From NCBI GenBank assembly GCA_040905425.1, contig JBBDRO010000008.1:1-61415 (forward strand): a stretch of 61,415 bases of DNA. The letters run 5' to 3'. Position numbers and translations under genes: made by a program. Below the pieces are notes generated by a model, which searched no databases, was not told the DNA's origin, and saw only the letters and a list, made by a program, of their open reading frames with translations. Of the stretch, positions 19,009 through 30,821 are shown piece after piece. Position 1 is the stretch's first letter. Every line of letters begins with the position of its first letter. This DNA is from Gemmatimonadota bacterium. Lineage in GTDB: Bacteria; Gemmatimonadota; Gemmatimonadetes; Longimicrobiales; RSA9.

Positions 19009-22000
19009 TTGCCACGCCGTAACGACATAGATTCCATCCTCATCATCGGCTCCGGCCCGATCGTCATCGGGCAGGGCTGCGAATTCGACTATTCCGGCAC
19101 GCAAGCCGTGCGTGCCCTCCGCGAGGAGGGCTACCGCGTCATCCTGGTGAACAGCAATCCGGCCACCATCATGACGGACCCGGAGCTGGCCGACGCCACC
19201 TACATCGAGCCCATCACGGCCGAGTGGGTGGAGCGCATCATCGAGCAGGAGAAGCCTGACGCCGTGTTGCCCACCATGGGCGGGCAGACGGCGCTTAACG
19301 TGGCGCTCGAGCTCTACGACAGCGGCGTCCTGGACCAGCACGGCGTGGAGCTCATCGGCGCCGACGCCCGCGCCATTCGGATGGCGGAGGATCGCGAGGA
19401 GTTCGCGGAGGCCATGGGTCGCCTGGGCCTGGCCGTGGGCCACGGCGGCTTCGCTACCACCGCCGAGGAGGCCCGCGTCATCATCGAGGACGTGGGCTAC
19501 CCCGCCATCATCCGGCCTTCCTTCACCCTGGGCGGCAGCGGCGGCGGGATTGCCTACAACGTAGAGGAGTTCGAGGCGGCCGTGCGTCGGGGCATCGACC
19601 TCTCGCCCGTGAACGAGGTGCTCATCGACCGCTCCGTCATCGGCTGGAAGGAGTTCGAACTCGAGGTCATGCGGGACGGCGCCGACAACGTGGTCATCGT
19701 CTGCTCCATCGAGAACGTGGACCCCATGGGCGTCCACACCGGGGACAGCGTCACCGTGGCGCCGGCGCAGACGCTCACCGACGTCGAGTATCAGAAGATG
19801 CGCGACGCCGCCATTGCCATCATCCGGGAGATCGGCGTGGAAGCGGGCGGCTGCAACATCCAGTTCGCCGTCAATCCGGACTCGGGGGAGCTGCTGGTGG
19901 TGGAGATGAATCCGCGCGTGTCGCGCTCCTCGGCGCTGGCTTCCAAGGCCACCGGCTTTCCGATCGCGCGTATCGGGGCCAAGCTGGCGGTGGGCTACCG
20001 CCTGGACGAGTTGCCCAATGACATCACGAAGAGCACCCCGGCCTCCTTTGAGCCGGTGCTGGATTACGTGGTCGTGAAGTTTCCCCGCTTTGCCTTCGAG
20101 AAGTTCCCCGCCGCCGATCCCACGCTGGGCGTACAGATGAAGGCCGTGGGGGAGACCATGGCCATTGGCCGGACCTTCAAACAGGCGTGGCAGAAGGGCC
20201 TGCGGGGGTTGGAGATCGATCGTGCGGGCTGGGTGACCTCCGAGCGGGCCGCGGATGACGGCTTGAAGGATGACGAGCTGGACACGCTGCGCTCGGCGCT
20301 GCGCCGTCCCACGGCGGATCGACCCTTCCAGCTCAAGCGCGCCCTGCTGGCGGGATTCTCCATCGGTGAGATCCACGAGCTCACCCGCATCGATCCGTGG
20401 TTCCTGGCGCAGCTCGCGGAACTGGTGCAGGCGGAGCGCGCCTTCGCCGCCCTGGAGACGCCCGAAGCCGATGACATCCTGCGCATGAAGCGCCTGGGGT
20501 TCGCGGATGTCCAGATGGCCCGGCTGCGCGGGGAGTCGGAGATGGCGGCGCGCGAGCGGCGCCAGGCGTTGGGCGTCCGGCCCACCTATCACATGGTGGA
20601 CACCTGCGCGGGGGAGTTCCCGGCGGCCACGCCCTACCTGTACTCGTCCTACGAGGATGAGAGTGAGGCACCGCCCAGCGAGCGGAAAAAGATCATCATC
20701 CTGGGCAGCGGGCCCAACCGGATCGGCCAGGGGATCGAATTCGACTACTGCTGCGTGCAGGCCGCGCTGGCACTCCGGGAGGACGGCTTCGAGACCATCA
20801 TGGTGAACTCGAATCCGGAGACCGTCTCCACCGATTTCGACATCTCGGACAAGCTCTACTTCGAGCCGCTCACGCTGGAGGACGTCCTCGAGATCGTGGA
20901 GCGCGAGCGGCCCGTGGGCGTGATCGTGCAACTCGGCGGTCAGACGCCGCTCAAGCTGGCCAAGCCGCTCGAGGCGCTCGGCGTGCCCATCCTGGGCACG
21001 TCGGTGGACGCCATCGATCGGGCCGAGGACCGGGACCGCTTCGCCGCGCTGTGCCGGAAGATCGACGCGCGTACGCCTCCCAACGGCATTGCCACCTCCA
21101 CCGAGGAGGCCGTGCTCCAGGCGGCCGAGATCGGCTACCCGATCCTGGCGCGCCCTTCCTACGTGCTCGGCGGCCGTGGCATGGAGATCGTCTACGACGA
21201 GGAATCGCTGCGGGAGTATTTCGCTCGTGCCGTGCGGGCCTCGCCGGACCACCCCGTGCTCATCGACTCCTTCCTGGAAGACGCGTTCGAGGCGGACGTG
21301 GACGCCCTCTCCGACGGCGACCGGGTGGTCATCGCCGGCGTCATGCAGCACATCGAGGACGCGGGCGTGCACTCGGGTGACTCGGCGTGCGTTCTGCCAC
21401 CCTACATGCTAGGGGACGCCGAAGTAGAGGAGATGCGGCGGCTGACGCGCCAGTTCGCCCAGGAACTGGGGGTGGTGGGCCTCATCAACGTGCAGTTCGC
21501 CGTCAAGCACGGCCAGGTCTACGTGCTCGAGGTCAATCCGCGCGCATCACGCACGGTGCCGTTCGTCTCCAAGGCCACGGGGGTGTCCTTCGCGCGGCTG
21601 GCGGCCCGGGTCATGGGTGGGGCCAGGCTCGCGGATCTGGACGTGCCTGAAGAGCCGCCCGTGGTGGGCGTGGCGGTCAAGGAGGCCGTCTTCCCCTTCA
21701 ACAAGTTCGACGTGGACATCATCCTGGGGCCGGAGATGCGCTCCACGGGGGAGGTCATGGGATTCGACGCGTCCTTCGGGATGGCGTTCGCCAAGGCCAG
21801 CATTTCGGCCGGCTCGGCGCTCCCCTCCAGCGGCACCGTATGCGTAACGGTGAACGACGCCGACAAGGCCAACGCCACCACCATCCTGCGCCGCTTCCAC
21901 GATGCGGGCTTCCGGGTGCTGGCCACCGAGGGCACGCACCGCTACCTGCGCGCCCGCGGCGTGCCCGCCGAGCTGGTCTTCAAGGTCGGCGAGGGCCGCC

Positions 22001-22251
22001 CGAACATCGTGGACCTCCTCATCAGCGGGGAGATCGACCTGCTCATCAACACGCCGCTCGGTCGCCAGTCGCAGTTCGACGACTTTGCCCTGCGGCGGGC
22101 GGCCATCACGTACCGGCGTCCCTACTGCACCACGCTCTCCGCCGCGGCCGCGGCGGTGGACGCCGCCGTGGCGCTGGCTTCGCGCCGGCGGGAGGTGATG
22201 TCGCTGCAGGAGCGCTACGCCGGCGTACCGCTGGTGCCGGGCGCGGCTTGA
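19009..22251 (+). CDS. carB: Carbamoyl-phosphate synthase large subunit
   Basis: [21 protein letters not shown], duplicated ATP-grasp domains, MGS domain; TTG start. Confidence 0.97.
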   Translation: MPRRNDIDSILIIGSGPIVIGQGCEFDYSGTQAVRALREEGYRVILVNSNPATIMTDPELADATYIEPITAEWVERIIEQEKPDAVLPTMGGQTALNVALELYDSGVLDQHGVELIGADARAIRMAEDREEFAEAMGRLGLAVGHGGFATTAEEARVIIEDVGYPAIIRPSFTLGGSGGGIAYNVEEFEAAVRRGIDLSPVNEVLIDRSVIGWKEFELEVMRDGADNVVIVCSIENVDPMGVHTGDSVTVAPAQTLTDVEYQKMRDAAIAIIREIGVEAGGCNIQFAVNPDSGELLVVEMNPRVSRSSALASKATGFPIARIGAKLAVGYRLDELPNDITKSTPASFEPVLDYVVVKFPRFAFEKFPAADPTLGVQMKAVGETMAIGRTFKQAWQKGLRGLEIDRAGWVTSERAADDGLKDDELDTLRSALRRPTADRPFQLKRALLAGFSIGEIHELTRIDPWFLAQLAELVQAERAFAALETPEADDILRMKRLGFADVQMARLRGESEMAARERRQALGVRPTYHMVDTCAGEFPAATPYLYSSYEDESEAPPSERKKIIILGSGPNRIGQGIEFDYCCVQAALALREDGFETIMVNSNPETVSTDFDISDKLYFEPLTLEDVLEIVERERPVGVIVQLGGQTPLKLAKPLEALGVPILGTSVDAIDRAEDRDRFAALCRKIDARTPPNGIATSTEEAVLQAAEIGYPILARPSYVLGGRGMEIVYDEESLREYFARAVRASPDHPVLIDSFLEDAFEADVDALSDGDRVVIAGVMQHIEDAGVHSGDSACVLPPYMLGDAEVEEMRRLTRQFAQELGVVGLINVQFAVKHGQVYVLEVNPRASRTVPFVSKATGVSFARLAARVMGGARLADLDVPEEPPVVGVAVKEAVFPFNKFDVDIILGPEMRSTGEVMGFDASFGMAFAKASISAGSALPSSGTVCVTVNDADKANATTILRRFHDAGFRVLATEGTHRYLRARGVPAELVFKVGEGRPNIVDLLISGEIDLLINTPLGRQSQFDDFALRRAAITYRRPYCTTLSAAAAAVDAAVALASRRREVMSLQERYAGVPLVPGAA

Positions 22252-23099
22252 GCGCCGCCGGTGAGTGGCTGCGCACCGGCTGGGTAGCGGCGCGCAACAT
22301 CCTGCTGGGTGGCAACGTGGCTTCCGCGACCCTGGCTGGCCGACCGCGTACGCTGGTTCACTACGCCTCGGAGAGCCTGTTCCTGCTAGGCGCGCTCGGC
22401 GGCTCGCGGGGTCTGCCCGAGGCGCCGCTGGCGGCGGCCCTGGGCCAGCCGGATGGCGCGCGCGTCCCGACGGTCCTCACGCCCGCCAGCCTGACCTGGG
22501 GCGGCGCGGTGGGCTCCCACGCCGTGGATCTGGTCAGCCTGAGCATGGCGTGCGCCGTCGTGCGGCCCGCCGTTTACTTCGAGATCGGCACGCTGCGCGG
22601 TGTCACGGCCCTGCACGCCGCGCTGAACGGCGGCCCGGACTGCAGGGTGTTCACCCTGGACCTGCCGCCGGACGGTCCGGGAGAGCCCGCCCTGCCCGTT
22701 ACGCTGCTCGACCGGGCGCACATGAGCACCGGCCGCACGCCGGCGCCCTGCGTCTTCGATGGTACGCCCGAAGCGGAGCGCATCACGCGGCTCTACGGCG
22801 ACAGCGCCACCTTCGACTTCACGCCCTATCACGATGGCGTGGACTGCTTCTTCATCGACGGCGCCCACTCCTACGAGTACGTGCGCTCGGACACGCTCAA
22901 TGCCCTGGCTTGCTGCCGGACCGGGGGGCTCGTCCTGTGGCACGACTTCGGCCGCCGCGGCGTGAACGGCGTGAGCCGCTGGCTCCTCGAACTGCGGCGC
23001 CTGGGCGCACCCGTCCAGGCCGTACCCGGCGGATCGCTGGCGTATCTGATCGTGCCGCCCGATCGGGACCGCCTGCTGGCCGCCGCCTGGGAGTCCTAG
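22248..23099 (+). CDS. Class I SAM-dependent methyltransferase (Methyltransf_24-like)
   Basis: [40 protein letters not shown] overlap with carB (start inferred). Confidence 0.82.
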   Translation: MSAAGEWLRTGWVAARNILLGGNVASATLAGRPRTLVHYASESLFLLGALGGSRGLPEAPLAAALGQPDGARVPTVLTPASLTWGGAVGSHAVDLVSLSMACAVVRPAVYFEIGTLRGVTALHAALNGGPDCRVFTLDLPPDGPGEPALPVTLLDRAHMSTGRTPAPCVFDGTPEAERITRLYGDSATFDFTPYHDGVDCFFIDGAHSYEYVRSDTLNALACCRTGGLVLWHDFGRRGVNGVSRWLLELRRLGAPVQAVPGGSLAYLIVPPDRDRLLAAAWES

Positions 23100-23238
23100 C
23101 GGCCGCCCCCCGGGATCCTGAGCTGCCGCGCGCGGTCACCCTTTACCCTCGCCGGCTCCCGGACCCGGTGGCGCGCGCGCGGCGCCTGAACGAAATTGTC
23201 CTGTCACGTCCCCACGTCCGTTCCACCAGGAGAGACCC

Positions 23239-24876
<1,638 letters not shown>

Positions 24877-24976
24877 AGCGCCGGTTCCGGTAAGCGACGA
24901 TGCCCGGCCGGCCTCCACGCGCGCTCGGTCCGTCCGTCCGGGCCGTGTCCGTCGGCGCGGTTCCGGGTGCGAGGCT

Positions 24977-25170
24977 CCGCTGAGCGTGCGGGCCCGCACC
25001 GGCGTCGATGGCCCCAATGGCCCCGTCGCGGGCCGCGGCGTGGGCGTCCCATGAGCGTGCCTGCCCGGTCGGGTGCCATGTTCGCCGCTGCGCGCCGCCG
25101 CGTGCGTGTCCCGTGAGCATGCCGCCCCGGTCAGGCGCCGCTGTCCCCGCAGCACGCCGTCGTGTGCGCC
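24977..25170 (+). repeat. Three degenerate tandem copies of the FkbM gene start, forming coupled mini-ORFs
   Basis: NTGAGC(G/A)TGC units at 24980, 25051 and 25113 (periods 71 and 62 nt). Confidence 0.7.
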
Positions 25171-25985
25171 TCCTTCGCGGGCTCCCAATCGGACTTCCCG
25201 GCAAGCTCCGCCTGGCCCGGTGGCTCCTCGGTGAGCTCCCCGATGCGCCCGCGTGGATCCCCACACCTGACGGCGCCGTTCACGTGCCCTCCCTGCGCGA
25301 GCCCGTGGCCTTTCATCTGCTGGTGAACGGCCGCTACGAGCCTGCCCTGCGGCGCCTCCTCGAGCGCCGCCTCTCTCCCGGTGACGCCTACGTGGACGTG
25401 GGCGCCAACGTGGGCGCGTTCGTGCTGCCTGCCAGCCGGATGGTGGGCCCCGGGGGCGCGGTGCTGGCCGTGGAGGCCGCACCGGGCGTGCTGCCCTATC
25501 TCCGCCGCACCGTGCAGGTCAACGATCTGACCAATGTCCGGATCGCGGGCGTGGCGGCGGCGGCGGCCGCGTCCGGCGCCACGGATTTCTACGAAGCTCC
25601 CGCGGATCATTTCGGCATGGGGACGAGGGCGCCGCGCTTCCACGCTGCGCCGATCACCGTCCCGGCCGACACGCTGGACGGCCTGCTGGCCCGCCACGCC
25701 ATGACCCGGGTGCGCGTGCTGAAGCTCGACGTGGAGGGCGGGGAGGCCGACGTGATGGACGGGGCTGCCGGGCTCCTGGAGGGTGACGAACCGCCCCTGG
25801 TGGTCTTCGAGTTTGCCGACTGGGCGGAGGCGGGGCTGCATCCGCCCGGGACCGCCCAGCAACGGCTGCTCGATGCCGGTTTCCGGCTGCGCCGCCTGCC
25901 TGACTTCCTGCGCGGCAGGCAGCGTTGGCTGGAGCGGCCCCTGACCACCGGGACCGAGACTTTCGTGGCGGAGCGCGGACCATGA
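25113..25985 (+). CDS. FkbM-family methyltransferase
   Basis: YVDVGANVG, AVEA, LKLDVEGGE; start GTG 25113 or ATG 25119. Confidence 0.85.
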   Translation: MSMPPRSGAAVPAARRRVRLLRGLPIGLPGKLRLARWLLGELPDAPAWIPTPDGAVHVPSLREPVAFHLLVNGRYEPALRRLLERRLSPGDAYVDVGANVGAFVLPASRMVGPGGAVLAVEAAPGVLPYLRRTVQVNDLTNVRIAGVAAAAAASGATDFYEAPADHFGMGTRAPRFHAAPITVPADTLDGLLARHAMTRVRVLKLDVEGGEADVMDGAAGLLEGDEPPLVVFEFADWAEAGLHPPGTAQQRLLDAGFRLRRLPDFLRGRQRWLERPLTTGTETFVAERGP

Positions 25986-26089
25986 GCCCCGTGTGGCGGA
26001 GCGCTGCCCATGAAGCTCGTAGTGGAGCGCGGCCCATGACCCCCCTGGATCCTGTGCCGACAACGCCCGCATACGATCGCGCACCATGA
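25965..26089 (+). repeat. Degenerate repeats of the FkbM 3' end including the stop codon
   Basis: GTGGCGGAGCGCGGACCATGA, GTGGCGGAGCGCTGCCCATGA, GTAGTGGAGCGCGGCCCATGA, and weaker GATCGCGCACCATGA. Confidence 0.75.
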
Positions 26090-27063
26090 GCGGACAGCCC
26101 ATAGCTCTCGTGGTTCATCCCGACTGCGGCCGGCACGACACCGGCTGGCGTCACCCCGAGCATATGGGCCGCCTGCCCGCCATCGTGAAGGCGCTGCACA
26201 TGCAGACGCCGGCCTTCCTGGATCGCATCCTCCAGGTCGAGCCGCCCCATGCGGAGGAGGAAGCGCTCCTGCGCGTTCACACGGCCGAGCACGTAGCCCA
26301 TGTCCGGGCGGCCGCCGATGAGGCGGCCGCACGGGAGGCGCTTGTCCACCTGGACGCGGACACCGTCGTCTCGGCCGCCACGTGGGACGCGGCGCTGGCG
26401 GCCGCCGGCGCGGCGGTGGAGGCGGCTGCCCTTGTGGCGCGCGGGGAAGCGGACGCCGCGTTTGCCCTGACGCGCCCGCCGGGCCATCACGCCACCCCCG
26501 AGCGCGCCATGGGCTTCTGCCTCTTTAATAACGTGGCGGTGGCCGCGCGGGCGCTGCAGGCGGAGCACGGCCTGGAGCGGGTCATGATCGTGGACCTGGA
26601 CGTGCACCATGGCAACGGCACGCAGGACGTCTTCTGGACGGACGGATCGGTCTACTACCTGTCCACGCACCTGGCCCTCCACTACCCCGGAACCGGCGCG
26701 GCGCATGAGCGAGGGGGCGGGGCGGGGGAGGGGACCACACGCAACGTACCCCTGCCCGCGGGCACCGGCGCGGCGGCCTACGCCGCGGCGCTCGGCGGCG
26801 CCCTGGACGCCGCGCTGGCGGAGTTCAGTCCGGACTTCCTGCTGCTCTCGGTGGGCCTGGACTGCCTGGCCGGGGACCCCCTCGGCGGCCTCCTGCTGGA
26901 GCCGGAGGACCTGCACCGCGCGATCACGGAAACGCTGGCGCCCGCGCGGGCCGCGGCCGGCGGGCGCGTGGCGGCCGTGTTGGAGGGCGGCTACGCGGTG
27001 CCGCGGCTGGGGCCAGGAGCCGTGGCGGTGCTGCGAGCGCTGGCTGGGATGCCGTCTGGCTGA
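26086..27063 (+). CDS. Histone deacetylase-family (Zn-dependent deacetylase) protein
   Basis: HPE, RPPGHHA, GFCLFNN, DLDVHHGNGTQ, GDPLG, LEGGY. Confidence 0.93.
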   Translation: MSGQPIALVVHPDCGRHDTGWRHPEHMGRLPAIVKALHMQTPAFLDRILQVEPPHAEEEALLRVHTAEHVAHVRAAADEAAAREALVHLDADTVVSAATWDAALAAAGAAVEAAALVARGEADAAFALTRPPGHHATPERAMGFCLFNNVAVAARALQAEHGLERVMIVDLDVHHGNGTQDVFWTDGSVYYLSTHLALHYPGTGAAHERGGGAGEGTTRNVPLPAGTGAAAYAAALGGALDAALAEFSPDFLLLSVGLDCLAGDPLGGLLLEPEDLHRAITETLAPARAAAGGRVAAVLEGGYAVPRLGPGAVAVLRALAGMPSG

Positions 27064-27321
27064 GCCGCCTTCTGATGCAGGACCGCCTGCGGGGAGCGAT
27101 GAAAATCCAGCAATCGAAGGCGCGAATTGCACCGATTGTCGGATTCATGCCGGATGCGGTGAAAAGGCAGCATCGGCGTAGGGGCGCCGCTCCCCATTGC
27201 CGGGTTTTGCCCGCATGCGAGCAAAGTCCGGCAAGTGGGGTCCATCAGCGCCTCCGATGGCGGTTTTTCATCGGAGGACAGTGCGCCGACGACCACACGA
27301 GGGCTGCCGAAGGCGGTCAGC
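27059..27321 (+). ncRNA. Candidate structured RNA or MITE-like element (unassigned family)
   Basis: Seven mutually compatible helices with a terminal closing stem; wobble pairs mostly G-U on the + strand. Confidence 0.45.
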
Positions 27322-27356
27322 AGTAAGGGGCCGGGGCTGCGCGGGGACCGTGGAGG

Positions 27357-28598
27357 TCAGATTCGGGATGACCGAATTCGCTTCAGCGACCACCAGGCCA
27401 GGGCAAGCCCCAGGAAAAGCAGCACGCCTGCTCCTGCGGCGGGGGGAACGGAAGGCAGCATTCGGCCCCCATCATCCGTTCCTCCAGGCTGGTGGAAACG
27501 AACGCGCCAGATCTGTATCGACCCCTCACCGTCGGCGGACTCAAGGTAGGCGTAGATGTGGGATCTGTCCGCGAATCCGCTCACCACGGTATCCATGCGG
27601 TGGGCAGCTAGAAGTCGGCCATCAGTCGGATCGATCACGGCGAGAATGGTGTCGTAGAGGTCGTCCAGATTGCCGGTCCGGCTACGCAGATTGAATCCTC
27701 CCGGGGCGCCCGGCAGATCGTACACCTCGATGTTGGCGCGCCAGTCCCGGGCTGGGATCGAGCATGTCAGCCAGAGCAGCCCCTGCTCGTCGATCTGCAG
27801 ATCGCGTATCCGGGGATTCAGCCGTCCTTCCGGCGTCTGGGGATCCGCCTGCTCGAACCACGCGGGCTCACCAGCCACGCGCGAGTGCTGCCGTCCCGAT
27901 GGGCCGAATCCGTCGAGGACGAATGCGTCGAAATCGGCGGTCCAGAATCCCCCATGCCCATCTGTCGCGGCCCTTCGGTTCAGGCTGGCCAGCGGACGTC
28001 CATTGTCTCCCAACGGTTCCATGGTCCCGAGAGGCCGGTCGAGCCTGTCGTTGACCACTGCATGCACCCCGAATCCGAAGTGCGACCGGGTTGCGATGGT
28101 GCCCACGAGAATCGTGGTATCGGGCGTGAGCACGATGCCGCGGGACGGTCTGATGCCAAGATTCGACCGCCGGACGAATTCGAGGTCGGGGGTGTACACC
28201 GTCCGCGCTCGTGCCTCCGCGTCGAACACGTGGATCGAATCCCCCGGTCCGAGCGTGGCGAACGCGATCTGCTGGAATTCGTCCGGCCCCCCGCCCGCTC
28301 TGCCTAGCGCGCGTTGGAACTGTCCGTCGGGGCCGTAGACCAGGAGGGTGGATTGGTCGAAGATGCTGCTCATGATGTACCTGCCACGGGAGTCACGGAG
28401 CAGGTAGTTGGTCCCTGACGCGCCGCCGTATTCCTCGCCGCCGCGCAGCGTGGCCACGGGCTCGATCGAAATGGTGCATCCGGTGCAGGCCGGCTCCTCG
28501 GTGAGTTGCAGGGTCTGAAAAGCGCCCTGAGCGTTCGCAGGCGCCGGGATGGCGACCACGATCAATGCAACCGCCGAGGCGTGCCGCATCGAGAGCAT
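27357..28598 (-). CDS. Secreted 6-bladed beta-propeller-like protein with C-terminal membrane anchor
   Basis: Signal peptide ...PAPANAQ, GRAGGGPDEF, DTILAVIDPTDGRLLA, C-terminal TM plus basic tail; TGGAG RBS. Confidence 0.78.
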   Translation of the reverse strand: MLSMRHASAVALIVVAIPAPANAQGAFQTLQLTEEPACTGCTISIEPVATLRGGEEYGGASGTNYLLRDSRGRYIMSSIFDQSTLLVYGPDGQFQRALGRAGGGPDEFQQIAFATLGPGDSIHVFDAEARARTVYTPDLEFVRRSNLGIRPSRGIVLTPDTTILVGTIATRSHFGFGVHAVVNDRLDRPLGTMEPLGDNGRPLASLNRRAATDGHGGFWTADFDAFVLDGFGPSGRQHSRVAGEPAWFEQADPQTPEGRLNPRIRDLQIDEQGLLWLTCSIPARDWRANIEVYDLPGAPGGFNLRSRTGNLDDLYDTILAVIDPTDGRLLAAHRMDTVVSGFADRSHIYAYLESADGEGSIQIWRVRFHQPGGTDDGGRMLPSVPPAAGAGVLLFLGLALAWWSLKRIRSSRI

Positions 28599-28811
28599 GA
28601 TGGGTACTCCAGTTGGAGGGCTACCTTGAACGTTGTCCCCCACCAGGATGGTGTCAACGATTGTCGGGGATCGACCTTTCCGCCTTCCACCTGTACGCGG
28701 GCTCAAGGGTCCGCGGATCGTGGCGGCGCTCCACCTGGTGGCCTATCTTTCGCCCACCATCGTGAACTGCGCCATCAGGCGCGCCAGGCGGCGATCAGCG
28801 GGGGAGGATGC

Positions 28812-30014
28812 GTGGGTGACCAACCGACGTTCGACGAACTGAAGGCACGGCTGCCGGAGATCCAGGAGGCCATCCGTGAGGAGGGCCTGGACGGCTGGCT
28901 GCTCTACGATCTGCACGCGCGCAACATGGTGGCGGCCAAGCTCGTGGGGCACGGGGACATGTCTCGCCGCTGGTTCGTGCTGATCCCGGCCGAGGGGGAG
29001 CCGCGGGCGCTGGTGCACGGCATCGAGGAGCTCCCCTGGGAGCACTGGCCCTGGAGCCGCAAGCGCTACGTGGGCTGGCAGGAACTGGATGAGGCGCTTC
29101 GGACGCTGCTCGAAGGCGTGGAGCGTGTTGCCATGGAGTTCTCACCCGGCAATGCCGTGCCCGCCGTGGACCTGGTGCCGGCCGGGGTGCTCGAGCGTGT
29201 GCGGGAGACGGGTGTGGAGGTGGTCAGCTCGGCTGACCTGGTGACGCTCTTCCACGCCCGTTGGAGCGCCGAGCAGCTTGCCTCCCATCGGCGCGCGGCG
29301 GCCGTCCTGGCGCAGGTGGCGGAGGCCACTTTCCGCCGCCTGGCCGGCGCGGTGGGGGACGGCCAGACGCCGCGCGAGGCGGAGGTCATGGACTGGGTGA
29401 TCGCCGATCTGGCCGGGCGCGGCTGCGGCGTGGGCTCCGACTGCATCGTGGCTACCGGGATCAACGCCGCCAACCCGCACTACGGTCCCGTGGACGGGGG
29501 CGCGGCGTTCAAGCGCGGGGACGTGGTGCTGCTGGATCTCTGGGCCAAAGAGGCTGAGGACGCCGTCTACGCCGATCAGACCTGGATGGCGTATCTCGGC
29601 GCGCAGGTGCCGGAGCGCCCCGCCAAGCTCTTCGAGATCATCCGCGACGCGCGCGACGCGGCGGTGCGGCGGGCGGAGGAGGTGTGGGCGTCCGGCAAGG
29701 AGCTGCGCGGTTACGAGCTGGATGACGCCGCGCGCGCGGTGGTGACCGACGGCGGCTACGGCGCCTTCTTCATCCACCGCACCGGCCACTCCATCGACCG
29801 GGACACGCACGGCGCCGGTCCCAACATCGACAATCTGGAGACGCACGAGACCCGCCTCATCGTTCCCGGGGTGGGCTACTCCATCGAGCCGGGCATCTAC
29901 GTGCCCGGCGAGGTAGGGCTCCGCACCGAGATCAACGTGTACGTGAGCAAGGACGGCCCCGAGGTGACCACCCCCCATCCGCAGGACGCCGTGGCGGCCC
30001 TGCTTTCCGCTTGA
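28812..30014 (+). CDS. M24 (Xaa-Pro aminopeptidase) family metallopeptidase
   Basis: NAANPHY, LLDLW, YADQT, HRTGHSI, SIEPGIY, RTE; GGGGAGGA RBS with GTG start. Confidence 0.9.
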   Translation: MGDQPTFDELKARLPEIQEAIREEGLDGWLLYDLHARNMVAAKLVGHGDMSRRWFVLIPAEGEPRALVHGIEELPWEHWPWSRKRYVGWQELDEALRTLLEGVERVAMEFSPGNAVPAVDLVPAGVLERVRETGVEVVSSADLVTLFHARWSAEQLASHRRAAAVLAQVAEATFRRLAGAVGDGQTPREAEVMDWVIADLAGRGCGVGSDCIVATGINAANPHYGPVDGGAAFKRGDVVLLDLWAKEAEDAVYADQTWMAYLGAQVPERPAKLFEIIRDARDAAVRRAEEVWASGKELRGYELDDAARAVVTDGGYGAFFIHRTGHSIDRDTHGAGPNIDNLETHETRLIVPGVGYSIEPGIYVPGEVGLRTEINVYVSKDGPEVTTPHPQDAVAALLSA

Positions 30015-30751
30015 GCGAGCGCGCTCCGGACCGGGAGGAGGGCGCGGCGGCCGAGGATACCGAAGCCCTGCTCGATCCGCTCGCCGGGAAGCCGGCGGAG
30101 GTCAGCGCCACGGCTGCCCGCAAGGAGCGGGCGGAACTGGGGTCCAGCCAGGCGCTTCACTTCTACGGTGTGGCGCGCGCCCGCACCTGGCGCGGCGGCC
30201 GGGTGGGAAAGGTGGAGGGGGAGGAGGTACTGCGCGTGCGCTACCGGGATCTGGAGGCGCTGGTGAGCCCCGTCCCCTATACGCTGCCCACGCTCGACGA
30301 GGAGCACGTGCTGGCGCACCAGCGGGTGGTGGAGACCGCCATGCGGCGCAGCACGGTGCTGCCCGCGCCCTACGCCATCGTGTTCCGCGGCCGGCGGCAG
30401 CTCATCCGCTTGCTCCAGGAACAGTACCTGGTCCTGGACGAGGGGCTGTCCTTTCTGGACGGCAACTGGGAGCTGCGCATGCACATCGCGCCGGCGGTGG
30501 CCGGCGACGGCGAGAGCGAGCTCGGCGACCTGGCCATGCAGCTCTACGCGGAGATGCGCCGCCATGCGCGCGCGGCCGTGCCGTTTCCGGCCGAGAAGGG
30601 GCGCCTGCTCTCCGCCGCCTTCCTGGTGGATCGCGCCGCGTGGATCGAGTTCGTGGAGCGCTCCGACGACCTGGGCTCCGCCCACCCCGAACTGACCTTC
30701 GACGTCACCGGCCCCTGGCCCCCGTACGATTTCGTCCGCATCTCCCTCTGA
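30011..30751 (+). CDS. GvpL/GvpF-family protein
   Basis: HFYGV, AHQRVVE, TVLPAPY, AAFLVDR, C-terminal TGPWPPYDF family signature. Confidence 0.82.
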   Translation: MSERAPDREEGAAAEDTEALLDPLAGKPAEVSATAARKERAELGSSQALHFYGVARARTWRGGRVGKVEGEEVLRVRYRDLEALVSPVPYTLPTLDEEHVLAHQRVVETAMRRSTVLPAPYAIVFRGRRQLIRLLQEQYLVLDEGLSFLDGNWELRMHIAPAVAGDGESELGDLAMQLYAEMRRHARAAVPFPAEKGRLLSAAFLVDRAAWIEFVERSDDLGSAHPELTFDVTGPWPPYDFVRISL

Positions 30752-30761
30752 AGCCGGAGCG

Positions 30762-30821
30762 ATGCGTGCCCTGCCGCCGCAACGCACGCCCGTCCGGGCG
30801 GCGCTGCCGATCCCGCCATGA
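30762..30821 (+). other. 19-codon mini-ORF, diverged copy of the PriA N-terminus
   Basis: MRALPPQRTPVRAALPIPP* versus PriA MSDSTPQRTAVEVALPIPP; ATGA overlap with the priA start. Confidence 0.6.

Noticed and set aside
27219..27231. GAGCAAAGTCCGG resembling the RNase P GAGGAAAGTCC motif
   Set aside because: Mismatch in the core, buried in a hairpin arm, and no matching 3' P4 strand
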